A stretch of DNA of 63,599 bases, counting the filler, from Octopus bimaculoides (taxonomy: Eukaryota), in the NCBI RefSeq assembly GCF_001194135.2. It is 9 parts of 6 records of this genome, joined end to end, with 100 filler letters (N's around TTAATTAATTAA, not from the genome) between each part and the next. Parts side by side here need not be neighbours in the genome. Positions count along the whole stretch, not along the records: positions 32,293 to 53,397 come from NC_068981.1; 8 more parts are not named here. One strand, 5' to 3'. The notes below the pieces were generated by a model that had not been told where the DNA came from, did not search any database, and saw nothing but the letters and a program-made list of their open reading frames with translations. The position numbers were made by a program, and so were the translations under genes. Positions 38,280 to 52,444 of the stretch are shown here, in pieces; within the stretch, counting starts at the first letter, position 1, and the number at the start of each line of letters is the position of its first letter.

Positions 38280-39267
38280 GTATGTCTTTCATTTTATATT
38301 TTTGTATTTCTCAGGTTTCAATTTTATACTGCCTGTATTGTAGGTGTGTATGTGTATTTTAGGCGTGTGTGTGTACATATATACCATATTTGTCAACCAT
38401 TGCCCTTCCTGTGTTGTCTCTTTATATGTTCATTGTCTTCATACACACACACACACAGATGATAGATAAATTGATAGATTTATAAACAGCACAAATGTTC
38501 AAAACCCGCAGTGACTGACACTGCTTGTGCTGTACATAAACACTTTATAGAAGTATTTTCTATTTTTTTGTTATCATTTGTTGATAAAGCTATAATATTG
38601 GACTGTAACAATGCAGGGGCACAGCCTTCAAGAGATTTTTAGTCTGTTACATCAACACTATCACCTATTAAGGTAGTCATTGTCTATCTATTGAAGGGCT
38701 TTACTTCCCATGAATTATGCTTCTTTAGGGAATTATTTCCCTTCTGAGGATATAAGTGACTTAGGTTATTTACAGCCAATTACAAAAGAAAGCAGACACT
38801 CATTTATACATACATACATACATACACACATTATCTATCTGTATACACATACATGTGATGTATTATGACAAGATTTGATTTCCAGTTTACTTATTACCTT
38901 CGTTTCACTTCATTTGATTTTCATCTTGCTTATAAATTTTGATCCTCTTGCTCTGCTTCCTCCCTCTTTGTTCATCTAACACACTACTTCTCTTCCTTAT
39001 CATTCTTTCACTTTAAATCATTACTTTCTTTATATTTGTAACAAGTGTCTGAAATGTTAGATCTTGACATCACACCGACTTATAATAAAAACTCTTCAAC
39101 AGTAATAGAAAAGCTCCTTAACAAATTTCAATAAGAATCTTATTTTCTTAATTCACTTCAACATTTAAATTTAATTTGTTGAAATATTTTCGTCGCTTTG
39201 AAACAGTGACCTGTTCACTGACAAAATTCCGTGCTGCATCTGAGAAAGTAACAGTTAGTTCATGACA

Positions 39268-39302
<35 letters not shown>

Positions 39303-39427
39303 GTTTTTATTTGAATATATATCTAATACAATGACTGAGATTATTAATAGACTGAAACATATTAAGAATGTTAAAGGGGTGAAATATCATCTGGTGATTC
39401 AGTTTGTTCTCCCTTTCACTACTGCAG

Positions 39428-39583
39428 CCAAAAGGGTACACAGCATCAACAAAACTTTCCCCTTCTTCAAATGAGTATGTTCTTGATCAATTAGCTTTAT
39501 GTGAAGAGAAACTGCTGAAGCTCATGGATGACTTTCATGATGTGGACTTGGAGAAAGTTCAGAAGCAAATGGAAGACGAGGAG
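39428..39583 (+). CDS. ODAD3: ODAD3/CCDC151 exon
   Basis: actgcag|...|gtaaga. PKGYTASTKLSPSSNEYVLDQLALCEEKLLKLMDDFHDVDLEKVQKQMEDEE versus human NYVPNLLGLVEEKLLKL. Confidence 0.9.
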
Positions 39584-40487
39584 GTAAGAAATAAATTTGT
39601 GTGCAAACTGACAAGTATATGTGAGCAACAATATCATCTGCTTGTCATGATGGAGAAATGTGCATATTGTTGAGATTTATTTGCAGAGATTAGCACCTAA
39701 AAACGTATCACATACCTCTATCATGCACTTAAGAATTGGGTAGGTTCCAGGTAGAAGACAATTTAACCCAAACTGCAGTGTTGGAGCAGATACAAGATAT
39801 CAACTTATGTTAGAATTACTGTACAAATGGGGAAAGGTTTCAGCAATGATAAATAAGCAGATAGTCTGCATAAGTACCTAATGCCACATCGCTTGTGTTA
39901 AAGTATTGATAATAAAATCTTCAGTGATCAGTGACTCAGGTGATCTCATTCTAAATATTTGGTATAGACACAATTTGTATGCTAGAATTTAATTAATAAA
40001 CCATTACCACTCCTATTGGTTTGTTTTTCCATAATGACATGGGTTTGGACTGATGTAGAATATTCCACAGGTTTTAATCTTTATGTTAGTGAGATTTAAA
40101 AAAAACTATTACGGTGTTCTTTCAGTTTTTAACAACTGTGATGGATAGAAAGGAACAACGGGCCAGATGTGACATGTAGATGGGTTAGATGCATTTGTTT
40201 ATAATATTAGAAAAGTTGTCTATGCCGAATATATATATGAGTGTTGTAGTTCGCTTGAAGCATTGTAGTACAGTAGTATAAAAAGAAAAGGGTAATAAAA
40301 ACGCTAACAATGCAGAAAGTTCTACAAAACCCTGTATATTTTACGTGCAAAGGCCTATCTTCAGAAATGAGTAGTTGGAAGTTTTCTTTATTTACTACAC
40401 ATTTCTTAGACTGTTTCCTTCTGAATATAGGCCTTTGTGCCTGAAATATACACGGTTTTGTATAACTCTTTGCTTGTTATGAGCTTT

Positions 40488-40530
<43 letters not shown>

Positions 40531-41353
40531 ACCAAAATATAGGTCAGCCTCTATTTTTATAATGGAAATCTTTTTAAAGCAATAAAACAACCCTTTTCTT
40601 TTTTGATAGAAAATTGAAAAAAAAACCTTGCCTTAAATTTGTGCATATTTATTATTTATTTAAAAATTGTATATAAGGCAACATATTGTAATAGTTTGTT
40701 GTTACTTGTACAGAAGCTGTAACTCAAATTAACAGTAATCAACATCTGTCCATACAATTGAGTCTATAGTTATCAAAGAGATATACAACCTGAAAAATAC
40801 CTCATCTAAGATTGTATGATGACGATATTTTTACCCAGTACCAATTAGCAGTGGTCATAGTTGTCAAGATCTTTAGGACATTATAGTCCGAGAAAATATA
40901 TAACGAACTGCTAAAAGCTACTATCACAAAAAAGCTGAAAAGCCTTTTCTTTTCAAACTCAAAATAGTGAGTAAATCAGAGAGACCACAACTGAAAGGTA
41001 TTCTAACACCCCTGTAAGATGAACAGAGAAATAGCTGTGCATTCTTTCTTCTTTTCCACCATCATTATTCTCAACTTCAAATGTAACAGAATTGCTGTTT
41101 AGAAGAAGGTTAGAGTTGAAAATGTTAGAAGAGCAAAAGTTAGAGTATAAAAGACGTGCAACAAAGATAATGACAAAATATTCTTGCATTTGATTTGTAT
41201 TAGAATATAATTATATAAAAAAATAATAAAACAGGCAGAATTATATACAAATAAAAAAAGTTTTTGAAGTGAGCAATTCCCCAGATATTTTACTTATTAT
41301 ATCTAAATAAATAGCAGTAATTCTAATATGCAATATTTATGTCTGAATTTCAG

Positions 41354-41435
41354 TTCCATATCAATATTGAAAGCAGACTTCCTGCATATAATACACGTGT
41401 TAAGCTTTCCACACAACTTGAAAACATCTATGCTG
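41354..41435 (+). CDS. ODAD3: ODAD3/CCDC151 exon
   Basis: tttcag|...G|gtgagt. FHINIESRLPAYNTRVKL versus human FLASLEGRLPEYNTRIAL. Confidence 0.9.
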
Positions 41436-41582
41436 GTGAGTTTTATCCCTTCAACAATTTGTATTTCTTAACTGAACATTGCTGTTATTATTATTGTAAG
41501 CAGTCTTATGCAAAAGAGATGGATAAAATGCTAACTTCTCTGTATTATTTTATTATTTCTCTTTTCATGTTAATTACCAAAG

Positions 41583-41710
41583 AGAGTGAAAGTAGTCGAG
41601 AGGATGAACCAGAAGTCTTGAGCAGAAGTGCCATAAAGAAAATATCTCAAAGTATAATTGATGCTAAGATGAAAAAAGACATGCCAAGAAGAAGGAAGAA
41701 AACTAAATAA
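41583..41710 (+). CDS. ODAD3: ODAD3/CCDC151 terminal coding exon
   Basis: Phase-1 join. ESESSREDEPEVLSRSAIKKISQSIIDAKMKKDMPRRRKKTK* versus human [29 protein letters not shown]. Confidence 0.88.
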
Positions 41711-42259
41711 GTAGTGTAAGAAATCTAGCAATTAAATACAGCTCTAGAGATCAACAGTATTATGAAACTGCTCTTGTAACAAAACAAACATTGACATTTT
41801 CTTTTATGATTAATGATAATTTAAATATCTATTTATATAAAAATACTGTGATAGTTAAATTAAATACTACTTTTAAACATGTGGCACCACCTTCTTTTGA
41901 CTCAGGCCACATTGATCAATTATTATTCTTAATAATAACTGGAGGCAACAGATGATGTTCTAGATTCTAATTATTGACCAACGTTTAATTACTATATCAG
42001 TGTTTATTTGCAACAAATGGATATTATTAACTAATTCATGTTAAGTATGTAGAAGTGAATTGCCTGAGGAGGAACTATCAGGTCACACAGATTAGGAATT
42101 CAAGTTTGATGCAAGTTTTTTTTTGTTTTTTATTGTTTATGAGTAGGACACTTTATGATGCAAAATTCACCTGTCCTCAATAGTTAACATATATTCTAGG
42201 AATATTCTTTGGTTTGTTGTCTCCATTGAGAAAGTAAAAGGAAGTCACTTCAATATATA

Positions 42260-42431
42260 TATATATCAAAAATTTAAATGAGAGTTTTGACGCTAATACC
42301 CATTACTATTGAAGTTTATTCCTATGTCAACATTTCTGTATAAGGCTATATTTGGCTATGTTGACATAGGAATAAACTTCAATAATAATGGATATTAGCG
42401 TCAAAACTCTCATTTAAATTTTTGATATATA
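42260..42431. repeat. 74-bp inverted repeat (2 mismatches, 24-nt loop)
   Basis: 42260-42333 pairs with 42358-42431, with mismatches at C42299.A42392 and C42306.A42385. Confidence 0.95.
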
Positions 42432-42551
42432 ACCAAGGAGATTGATCCATAAGGAGTCTACTTTAGACCTTTGGGGAGAAATCTCTTGCTATTTTGGTAG
42501 CGATTACATGTTTATCTCATCAACACATTGTGGAGATATCATCATATGAAC

Positions 42552-42582
<31 letters not shown>

Positions 42583-45500
42583 CATATTCTATAATCAATC
42601 ACAGTAATGTATCCAACATGTGGATCCTAAATGTGAAAATAAATAGGAGTTAACTACATGGTTAATATAATATGAAATTTTTAAATATTTACATTTAAAA
42701 GTTTTCCTTTTTGCAAAATGTTTACTTTCATATACTTTTATTACTCTCTTGATTTAAAGTGAAAAAAAAAAACCTTGTAAAATTATAAGAAAGAATACCT
42801 CAAAATAATAAAGGTGTATATGCAGCAGTTTATTTAATAAATAATTGACTTTTTTATCCTTAATTAGTGCTTATATTATTGTTATTCCTTTATTTATATT
42901 TGCTTTCTATGTTATGAATTTATAAAAGACAGGAATCAGACTTTATGAAAGTCACACTTTTCCTAAAAGCATTGGACATATAGGTGAAGTAAAATTACTT
43001 CAACTTGGAATGGAAAACAGGCTGAGATCCAGCATTGTTGAGTGTTTACTTGTTGCTCACAACACTTACCATTGTTTTTCTAATTATATATATTTTGTTT
43101 AAGAGTAATATATTTTGTATAATGAATTTTATAATTAAAACAAATTATTTTAATTTTTGTTGTAAGAAACAACGGTGATTAAAATGTTAATTATTAATTA
43201 GTTCTAGAGCAATTACCATATCTCATAACATGAAATCAAAAGATTCACGTGTGTGTGTGTGTGTGTACCATGGTTAACAGTATCCTTTTGTGGATGCAGT
43301 TATAACAGTAACATTTCATAGAACAAGGTCTGATACTATAATTTACCAAATGGTTTGCTAAAACTGCTTAACCTATCCTGGTTCTATACACTTTTATACG
43401 TTTCAGTATAAAGGTTGTGGCCACGCTGGGGCACTGCCAGCGGGAGGCTACAGATAATCGAACCCTATACCATTAACCTAATTGGTCACTGATATATAGC
43501 TATCTATTTATTTTGAAGTATTCTTAAATAGTGGAAACATGAAAATAAGGTAGCTGGGGTGTGGACAGTATATGTGGCTGAGAAAACTGAACTCTCAAAT
43601 AGCTCAGCCCACCTAGCCGTAAACAGTTATCATATAGCAACAACAACAACAACTCATTGCTATAAAACTGAGTTGTTCTTTTATTTTGCCCCAGTTAAAT
43701 GTATTCAAACCTGTAGTAGATGATTTGTCAGTTGAATGAACAAGTGAAATCCACAAACTGTTGTTTCTGTGTTCAATTTTAATCCCTTCCAGCTATTACC
43801 ATTCCTACCTTTTCTTCAAACAGTCTACCAAGACTGCATGATCCACATATTCTTCCTTCTAAGATAGTAGGATATGATTTAAGGGAAATCTGGCTGTTAA
43901 TTCTAGCAACTCCAATGATCATATAGAGGTTCCCTCATTGAGTCAAGAATTTGTTGCTTTGTAATACTGAATTCAGTTTCACTTGTGGAGTTGGAGAAAA
44001 CAATGGGAAATAGAAAACTCTCCTGTACTTAAATCTCAAACCAGAGTCACCCTAACAGTTAAGTCTCTGCCTTACTATTAGAAATCCCAACACGAGTTCT
44101 GATTACAAGCAGATATGCAATACTTCATCCCACATATGTATCTACCACCAGATGGATGTCTTAATTGACTATGAGGGATGGCAAGATGATGTCTTAATCA
44201 TTGAATTTGTACAAAAAGAGGAAGACACACAAAAGAGATATGACTGAATATAATATGAAATTACAGTCTTCACAATAAGTAGAGACATCAAATTTTAACA
44301 GCACGACTTCAACACAATGCATGCTTGTTAAAGGTGGGCATTGCTTTGTTGGCAGTAGGGAGTGAAACAAGAACTAGAAACTCTGTCATCCGTTATTAAG
44401 GAAAATAAATGAAAATACATACATTATGATTTTTGAGAAGTGAAGAAAGAAAATCAAAACAAAAGGAATCAGAGAGAAAACTCTTTACTAAAAAGTATAG
44501 GGCTAAAAGAACTGGTTCAAAGTAGTAAGAGAGTAGAAGACACACTACATAAATGTGATTGTGCAGAAAGGATTTAAGATGTATAAAACCTACTTAGAGT
44601 TGTAAATGAGTATTTAAAGTAATTCAAAAGTTTGTTTTAGCAAGAATAAATGCCTTTTATTTGTCTAAATGAAAAAAAAAAAGTAATATCATCCATAATA
44701 TTTTCAGGCAATTATGATACTTGAGTTAGGCCAGTTTTTAGTGTGAGTTGTTAGGTTAGATGTTGAAATAAACCCATGGGACAAAGACAGGATTTTTTTT
44801 GTGCAGGACAGATATAAGCAGAAAGGTATGTAAGAGCATTGATGGTAGGTAAGGACAGAGAACTTCTGATGTTCTTTCCATCATTTCAATATTTTGACAA
44901 GTTTGTTACACAGTCCTGCACCAACTTCACCAGCCAATACATTCTACCTTATAGTTCTACCCAGTCTCAGACAAAAAAAAAAAAAAAAAGGTTATTTTAT
45001 ATACCTTACATTGATACATAGAAAATATTTTAAACTTTTAAATTTAGAAAATCTTTATTTGTTCAATCAAATGTCAACAAAGTCAAAACTTTTCTCTAAC
45101 AATTCCTTTCAGCTTTTTAAAATTTAAGGCGCTGTCGCATAAAAAAATTATTAATTAGAAACATATTAACTGAAACAATGACCTAAACTTAAACTGAGAA
45201 TCATTTGTTATCTTTAACAAAGAAAGAAACGGTCTCACAACTCTTGAAATGAATGTTCTGTGACCCCTCCAGTACCCTAATAATTAGTATTTGTTGTAGT
45301 AAGAACAAAATAGTTAGCACACACACAAACATACACATAACCTCACCCCTTCAAAAAAAAAGCAAAAAGCTTTGATTAACAGCATGCTTCAAAATGAAAA
45401 TATTGTTTGAGAAAAACCACAAGTCGAAATTAGGAAAAGAAGTCAACAGCTTTAAAATTTTAATAGAGATAAAACTGAAAGAAAAAAAAAACATTTCTTC

Positions 45501-46054
45501 AATATCATATTAGATGTTATATTTTGGGGGGAGGAGGGAAGTCTTCAAAATATCAAAGCCCTAAACCTATTTTGTGTTCATCTGTTTCCATTTACACTGT
45601 ATGTAATCAAAGTTTAGTTTCAAACAGAATTTTGAAGTGAAAAAAAAAAAAGTCTCTTGAGACAAATTCCTATGCATTTAAAATATTTTTCTTCTTTTTA
45701 TAAAGGATTTTTGGGAGGGATACTCCATCTTTTAGCTCTTTTTTTTTCTTTTCTTTTACCTTGTGGCTATACCATTTTATATTTCCCATGCAAAAAGATA
45801 TTACGATTAGCATATATTTATTATGTTTGCTATAATATAAAAATGTTTAAGTGATTAGTCATGAGTTCATATATAAGCTAGAGTTTTCACAATTTGTTTT
45901 TGTTTTGTTATTGTTACAATGAAAGCACTCCTGTGAAAGCTTTCCTGTTGGATAGTTTAGTAGAGAAACAAAGTCCCCTGTATAAACATCTTCTATTGTA
46001 GTGAAAATGTAAAAAAAAGTCCATAAGGGGTTTTGGTCAGATTTTAAAAGGAGT

Positions 46055-46209
46055 TTACCACCAGAGAAAGCGAATAAACAACATTAGAACAACAATGACA
46101 ATGACAACGGCAGCAGCCTTTGCATAAGTGGACCGGAGATTCAAGTAAGTTGCATCCTTCTTATACTGTTGTGACAATATTGATAAATTACTGGCTTTAC
46201 TGCCTAAAG
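46055..46209 (-). CDS. SEC22B: SEC22B vesicle-trafficking SNARE, last coding exon (end of SNARE motif plus TM)
   Basis: gtgatttcag|. (T)LGSKASNLSILSQQYKKDATYLNLRSTYAKAAAVVIVIVVLMLFIRFLWW* versus human [35 protein letters not shown]...RFWWL. Confidence 0.96.
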
Positions 46210-47123
46210 CTGAAATCACAAATAGAAAAGAAAGAAAAATAATTAGTTTTTATCTATACAGTTTTAAAGATTTTGATAAATCAAAAACAAAATCTAAATA
46301 AATAATTCTTTCCCTTCTACTACAGTCAAAAGGCCTGAAATTTTTGAGGGTGACATATAGTCAATTACATCGACCCCAATGCTCAACAGGCACTTATTTT
46401 ATTAACCCTGAAAGGGTGAAAAGAAAAGTTGACCTTGGCAGAATTTGAACTTGTGCAAGTTGGAGTAACTCAAACTTGGGGTAGATAAAACTGTGCAGAA
46501 GCTCATCTAATAGACTATTCCTGTGATTCAATGCTGTCACTTTGAATTACAAACTTGTGTTATGATGATTCTGCCTAAAAGTTATATTAAGAATACAAAC
46601 ATCCATAGAATATTTAGTCACATTTAAATGAGCCAGAGAGTTCCTTTAATGGAGCTACAGGAATACTTAACATACATCTATGTCAGGGATAAATACTCTC
46701 TCTCTCTCTCTCTCACTCACACACACACACAATTCTGAAGCTAACTTCTTAACCACACAGCCATGCCTGAACCTACATCTTTCACTAAAGTAACAAAAAA
46801 AGCCATACCAAGCAGGTACATGCAAAGCATCAACAAGGGAGCCTTAACATGGTCACTAAATCTGCTAGAAATAGCACAAAGTTGGCAGTCTCAGGCAGTT
46901 TGGCATTAAAAAGGTTATGTAAAACCTTCGGACTATTAAGTGTTCTGGCTAAGAACTCAGTACAGAGTTGAAGACAAGATACAAACTGCTGACCTGTAAC
47001 CTGGTAAACAGGCACTATCAACTGTGACCCCACCCACCCCCACCGAAATATAGATAAACACAAAAACAAAAAAAGTAAAAATAAATTTAACAGGAAGAAT
47101 AATGTTTTCTCTGTGTTACTTAC

Positions 47124-47270
47124 TGTTTAGGGCCTCTCCACGTTGTAAAACATCATCAATATTTTGTACCATAATTCGTTGCACATCTTGAAGTTCTGTA
47201 TTGATACTAGACAAATTCTTCCGAGCCCGTGAGTCCATATAGGATTTACGAGTTTTCTGAATGAATGTGT
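47124..47270 (-). CDS. SEC22B: SEC22B exon
   Basis: ttttatcag|...|gtaagt. (D)[48 protein letters not shown]. Confidence 0.97.
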
Positions 47271-47849
47271 CTGATAAAATAAGAACATTAATTTTTAAAA
47301 TTAATATATTTGATCAACAAATGTTTCTGAAAATTTGATGTCATTTCTTAAAAATAATTACTAATTCTTTAAATATAGAAACACCATCATGGTATGCCCA
47401 GTTCCTTGCTGGCATGGGTATTGGACTGATTGTCACAGTTCAAGCAAGTCCTTATTCATAAGGACTTACTTAGACAATAATAATGATTTCTTTTGTTGAC
47501 TACAAAGGCCCAACACATGAAGGACAATATCAAAGAATGAGTTACAGCACACAAAACAAAAAACGAAAACAAAATAATAATAACAATAATAGTAATAATA
47601 ATGATGAGGATTTGAAATTTTGGCACAAGGCTAGCAATTTGGCGGAGGGGACAAGTTGATTACATCAACCCCAGTGCTTGACTGGTACTTATTTTATCAA
47701 CTCTCAAAAATATGAAAGGTAAAGTTGACCTTGGCAGAGTTTGAACTTAGAACATGAAAACAGGCAAAATGCTGCTAAGCATTTTACTCAGCATTCTAAC
47801 GATTCTGGCAGCTCACTGCTTTATTAATAATGATGATGATGATGATAAT

Positions 47850-48345
47850 GTTGTGGCAACATGATGAGATAGCAAAAGTGCAGCACTGGAAACTGAGTGA
47901 AAAGTGGGGGTCAAAGAGAGAGAGACAAGATGTAGTACAAACACAAACCACAGAGAGTGGCTGAGTCAAGGATTTGCAAAATCCTGTCTGATTTCCCAAA
48001 TCAAACAGGTCAGGTGCTTGGGCACAACAAGCTGGACCTATCAGTGGTGGACAAGGTGAACCATTTGTACTACATAATTGATGTTGTGTGCCCTTTTGAT
48101 CCATCAATAGTTAAAGAAGGCGAAAAATAAACATATACAATCCTCTTAAATACAAGATAGCTTGACTTTGGAAATGAAAATGATGAAGATAGTGTCAATT
48201 ATTGTTGGGGCTTTGGGGACAGTATCAGAAGGTATTAAGAGGAATATAAAGGAAATGGGAATAGAGAGCCCAGGAGAGCTGTTGCAAAATGTTTGCCACC
48301 TTGGCATGGCCAGAATCATCAGGAAAGCATTAGAAAGCTGAAGAG
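47850..48345 (+). mobile_element. R4/NeSL-like element, restriction-like endonuclease region (degenerate)
   Basis: HDEIAKV.HWKLSEKWG...HKP...HNK.D...VDK...IIDVVCPFD...IIVGALGTV...LGMARIIRKAL. Confidence 0.8.
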
Positions 48346-49399
48346 AATAACATGGTACCATAGACTGCAGATAGGAAGCTTGTTATACATGTAAAACTTC
48401 AGGAGTTTCAACAAAACCTGAGTTAAAAGAATAGTAGTAATAATAACAATTCTTTCTATTATAGGCACAAAACCTGAAATTTTGTAGGGAGTGGGTAAGT
48501 TGCTTGACCCCAGTGCTCAACTAGTATTAATTTTATTGACTCCAAAAGGATGAAGGCAAACGTCAGTGGAACTTGAACTCAATATGTGAAGACAGCTAAC
48601 ATTTAGTCTAGCATGCTAATGATACTACCAGCTAACTGACTTAATAACGACAATAATAACTATAACAGAAGCCAGTGTCCTTGCAATTGTCATCACCACT
48701 TCTACTTTTCCATGCTTGCATGAATCAAATGAAACTTCACAGAGGCAAAATTTTTTATGGTCTGATGCCCTTCCAGATGCCAATCATCACCTATTTCCAA
48801 GCAAAGTAGCAATCATAAGTCTATCGAATGTTCTTTCACATAGGACTGCAAACACATGACACAGTTTGTATGAATGGTGAGACTTTTATTTACTATCAAT
48901 GCACACATGTAAAGACAAAGGAAAATATATGTTCAGTCTCTCACTTACACACACATAAGGTGATTGGTATTAAATGCATCCAGCCGTAAAAACCATGCCA
49001 AAACAGACAGTGAAGCCTGGTGCAGGCTTCTGGCTGGCCAGCTCCTGCCAAACTGTCCAACCCGTGCCAGCATGGAAAACGGAAGTTAATTGCTGAAGGT
49101 GATATACACACATACACAATAAGCTTTTTCCAGTTTCCCTCCACCAATTTCACTCACAAAATGTAGCAATATGTAGCAAAAACGGAAGTTAATTGATGAA
49201 GGTGATATACACACATACACAATAAGCTTTTTCCAGTTTCCCTCCACCAATTTCACTCACAACATATAGCAATAGTGGAGAATACAAGTTGACAGTGTCC
49301 ATACAAGAGTAGCTGGACCCCTAATCACAGTTTCAAAGCACGCTCCTTAATCAGACAGCCATGCCTTTCCTTGGATGTAGTGAATGTTGTTAAATGTTA

Positions 49400-50240
49400 A
49401 AAGAATTTTCTCAAAATGCAAGAGCACAAGAAAATCAAATGAAAACAGGTTACAGAATATTACAAGCACCACATTTTGTTTTCAGCTACATTAACACTTC
49501 TGGCAACTCATATAGTTTTTCATGTACAATATTCATTACTTCTCTTTCATTTAGTGATGTGAAGTGTTTTCCTAATTCAAGCTTGATGGAAACCTTAAGT
49601 TCCTGCTCCAGGTCATCTCACAGAGTTGCTGAACGAATAAAGAAACCATAAATGGCTTCAATTGTACCAAAAACACAGTTAATAAAGAACTTGTTTCCTG
49701 ACTTGTAGTACAGAGACATGCTAAGTACAAAGAATGGTTGTTACAGTTTTAAACATTGCTTTTATATTTTGTGGAGGATTCTTTGTTGAATGTCTGACAA
49801 ATGACTTAAAATAACAGAAGTGTCATCATAACATTGTGGACAACAATCAATAAATTATTATCTGCTTTGAGTTTTGTGCTTATTGTTTTTCCCAAAATCT
49901 GCAGCAATATTTTCTCTTATCTGCATATATAAATGACTCTTTGGCTTTTCTTATCTTAAAGTTCATGTAAACAAACCAACTCACTTGGACTAATTGTTTA
50001 TGACAGACTAAATCAAACAATGTAACAGTGGTTTCTATGAATTGCTGACAAACCATAACTTCACATATGTGAAGCCATAAGATTTTAGTAAGATCAAGCA
50101 CAGGAAAACATAGAACTAAGTATTGAAGGCCAATCTGAAAATGCTGAATGTTACAAAGGAGATGACAGGATTGAGATATGTGGTGCATTGCTGTATTTGA
50201 GAAGACCCACCCACCACAGCAGAATTGAGATCCTAAAAGC
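49400..50240 (-). mobile_element. hAT (ZMYM-type) transposase relic, central region
   Basis: KESFI...PQCYDDTSVILSHLSDIQQRI...CNNHSL.L...FFGTIEAIYGFF matches GQCYDGASNMSG...HSLNL; many stops and frameshifts. Confidence 0.7.
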
Positions 50241-50819
50241 AAGGTGCCACATAAAAAGCACCCAGTACACTCTGTAAAGTGGTTGGTGTCAGGAAGGGCA
50301 TCCAGCCATAGAAATCATGCCAAAACAGACTGTGAAATCTGCTGCAGATTGTGAGCTTGTTACTTCCTGATGATGATTTTAGATTTCAGATCTTAATGAT
50401 AGCATGATGTCTTAGTTTTTACATGCTCTAAATGTTCTTTCTCATTACTGATTCATCATCATCATCATCATCATCATCGTTTAATGTCCACTTTTCCATG
50501 CCCATATGGATTGGATGGAATTCATAGAGGCAAATTTTACCTGTCACTAATCCTCACCTGTTTCAAGTAAGGTAATATTTCCTCATGACCAGGCATATCT
50601 CAGAAAATTGGAAACAAAGGTCACTGCCTGCATGATAGTGACACTCACGATAATCATGCAATGTCAAGGTAAGGAGACAGTAATGCGTGCGTGCACGCAC
50701 ACATACCTCTTTCAGTTTCTGTCTACCAAATCCATTAAATAATTCTTTTGTTGGCCCAGGGCTATAGTAGAAGACACTTGCCCATGGTGTCATGCAGTAG
50801 GACTGAATTTGAAACTATA

Positions 50820-52020
50820 AACCTCTGTTTCTGGCTTTTGTTGACATGGAGAAAGCCTTTGACAAGATCCCTTATTTAGTGGGCAATGTGGAAGCTAAGG
50901 ATAGATGAGTGGTTAGTGAGAGCTGTGGAAGGTGTGTACAGGGATGCCATTTGTAAAGTGAGAATAACCAATAAGTATGGCAAGGAATTTAGTGTACAAG
51001 TAAGAGTCCACCAGGGGCCAGTTCTTAGCACCCTCTTATTTATCATGGTCTCCCAAGCTGAGGAACTTAAGACTGACTGCCCCTGGGAGCTTCTCTATGC
51101 TGATGGCTTTGTTCTTATCACTACCAGACTAGAGAAGAAATTTCAGTGGAAGCAAGATTTGGAATCAAAGGGCCTTAGAGTTAACATAGCAAAGACCAAA
51201 GTACTGATAAGTAGGAAAACAGACAAATCGCAAGTACCTTCAAGGAGATGGCCTTGCTTGATATGTAGAAAAGGTGTCTAGAGAAACTCCATAAGGTGTA
51301 CCCAGTGCAAGCTTGTACACATAAGAGGTGCAGTGGTATCACTGGACAACTAACAGAAAAAGTAGTCTTTACATGTAGCAGGTGTACAGGTACATTAAAC
51401 ACTAGGAATGTACAAAAAACAGACACCCTCATATGTCAACAGAGATCCCTAGAAATAGACAGTTTCTGTTACTTAGGTGACCAAGTTAGTAGAGGAGGAG
51501 GTTGTTCCAAACGCACTTACTAAGAATAGTCTGGGCAAAGTTCAGAAAGCTCATACCTATGTTAGTAATGAAGGGCCTCTCTCTCAAAGTGAAAGGTAAA
51601 TTGTATGATGCCTGTGTACAGACAGTTATGCTACATGACAGTAAGATACGAGCTGTGACTACTGAGGATATATAAAGACTTGAAAGAAATGAAGTCAGTA
51701 TGCTTAGCTGGATGGGTAATGTCAGTGTGCATAAATGACAGAGTGCAAGTGATTTGAGAGAAAAACTGGGTATTTATAGCATCAGATGTAGAATGCAGGA
51801 GAGAAGACTGTGCTGGCATGGCCATGTAATGCATATGAATGAGGACAGTTTCATCTCTAATTTTAAAGGGAACATGTGGAAGGGGTAGACCCAGGAATAT
51901 ATGGGATGAAGTGGTGAGAGAGGATCTACAAACATTGGGATTCACAGAGGGGATAATAGGGGATTGAGACTCCTGGAAATTTGCTGTGCTCGAAAAGACA
52001 CATCAAATTAAGTAAAAGCA
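50820..52020 (+). mobile_element. RTE-clade LINE ORF2 fragment (RT to C-terminus), degenerate
   Basis: FVDMEKAFD...VRVHQGPVLSTLLFI...PWELLYADG...LRVNIAKTKVL...DSFCYLGDQVS...GRPRNIWDEVVREDL. Confidence 0.92.
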
Positions 52021-52444
52021 TGGTCCCTTGCAACCCTCTCCAGCTGAGTATCCATAATTTTGTGAGCTCATAATTGTTGGTGCCACGTAAAAAGCACTTA
52101 TACTAGTGCTGCATAAAAGCACCCAATACACTCTGTAAAGTGGTTGGTGTTAGGAAGGGCATCCAGCCATAGAAACCATGCCAAAACAGATATGGAGCCC
52201 TTCAGCTGGTCAGCTTCCATCCAACACATGCCAGCATAGAAAACGGATGTTAAATGATGATGATGATGATGATGGGTTGGGAAGCAAACTTCTTTACCAC
52301 ACTGCTATGCTTGCACATATACCAGACAAAACTGACACACTCGACAAAATTTCTAGGGTTGCATAGCTAATAAGACTATAATATGTAAGGTTCTGGAGAA
52401 GTTACATATTGTGCAGACATCACTCAATAAATAAAGCTACTTAC

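Noticed and set aside
47140-47180. SEC22B NIE segment reading NID
   Set aside because: A conservative change that, as far as I recall, occurs in other invertebrate Sec22 proteins; not evidence of novelty.
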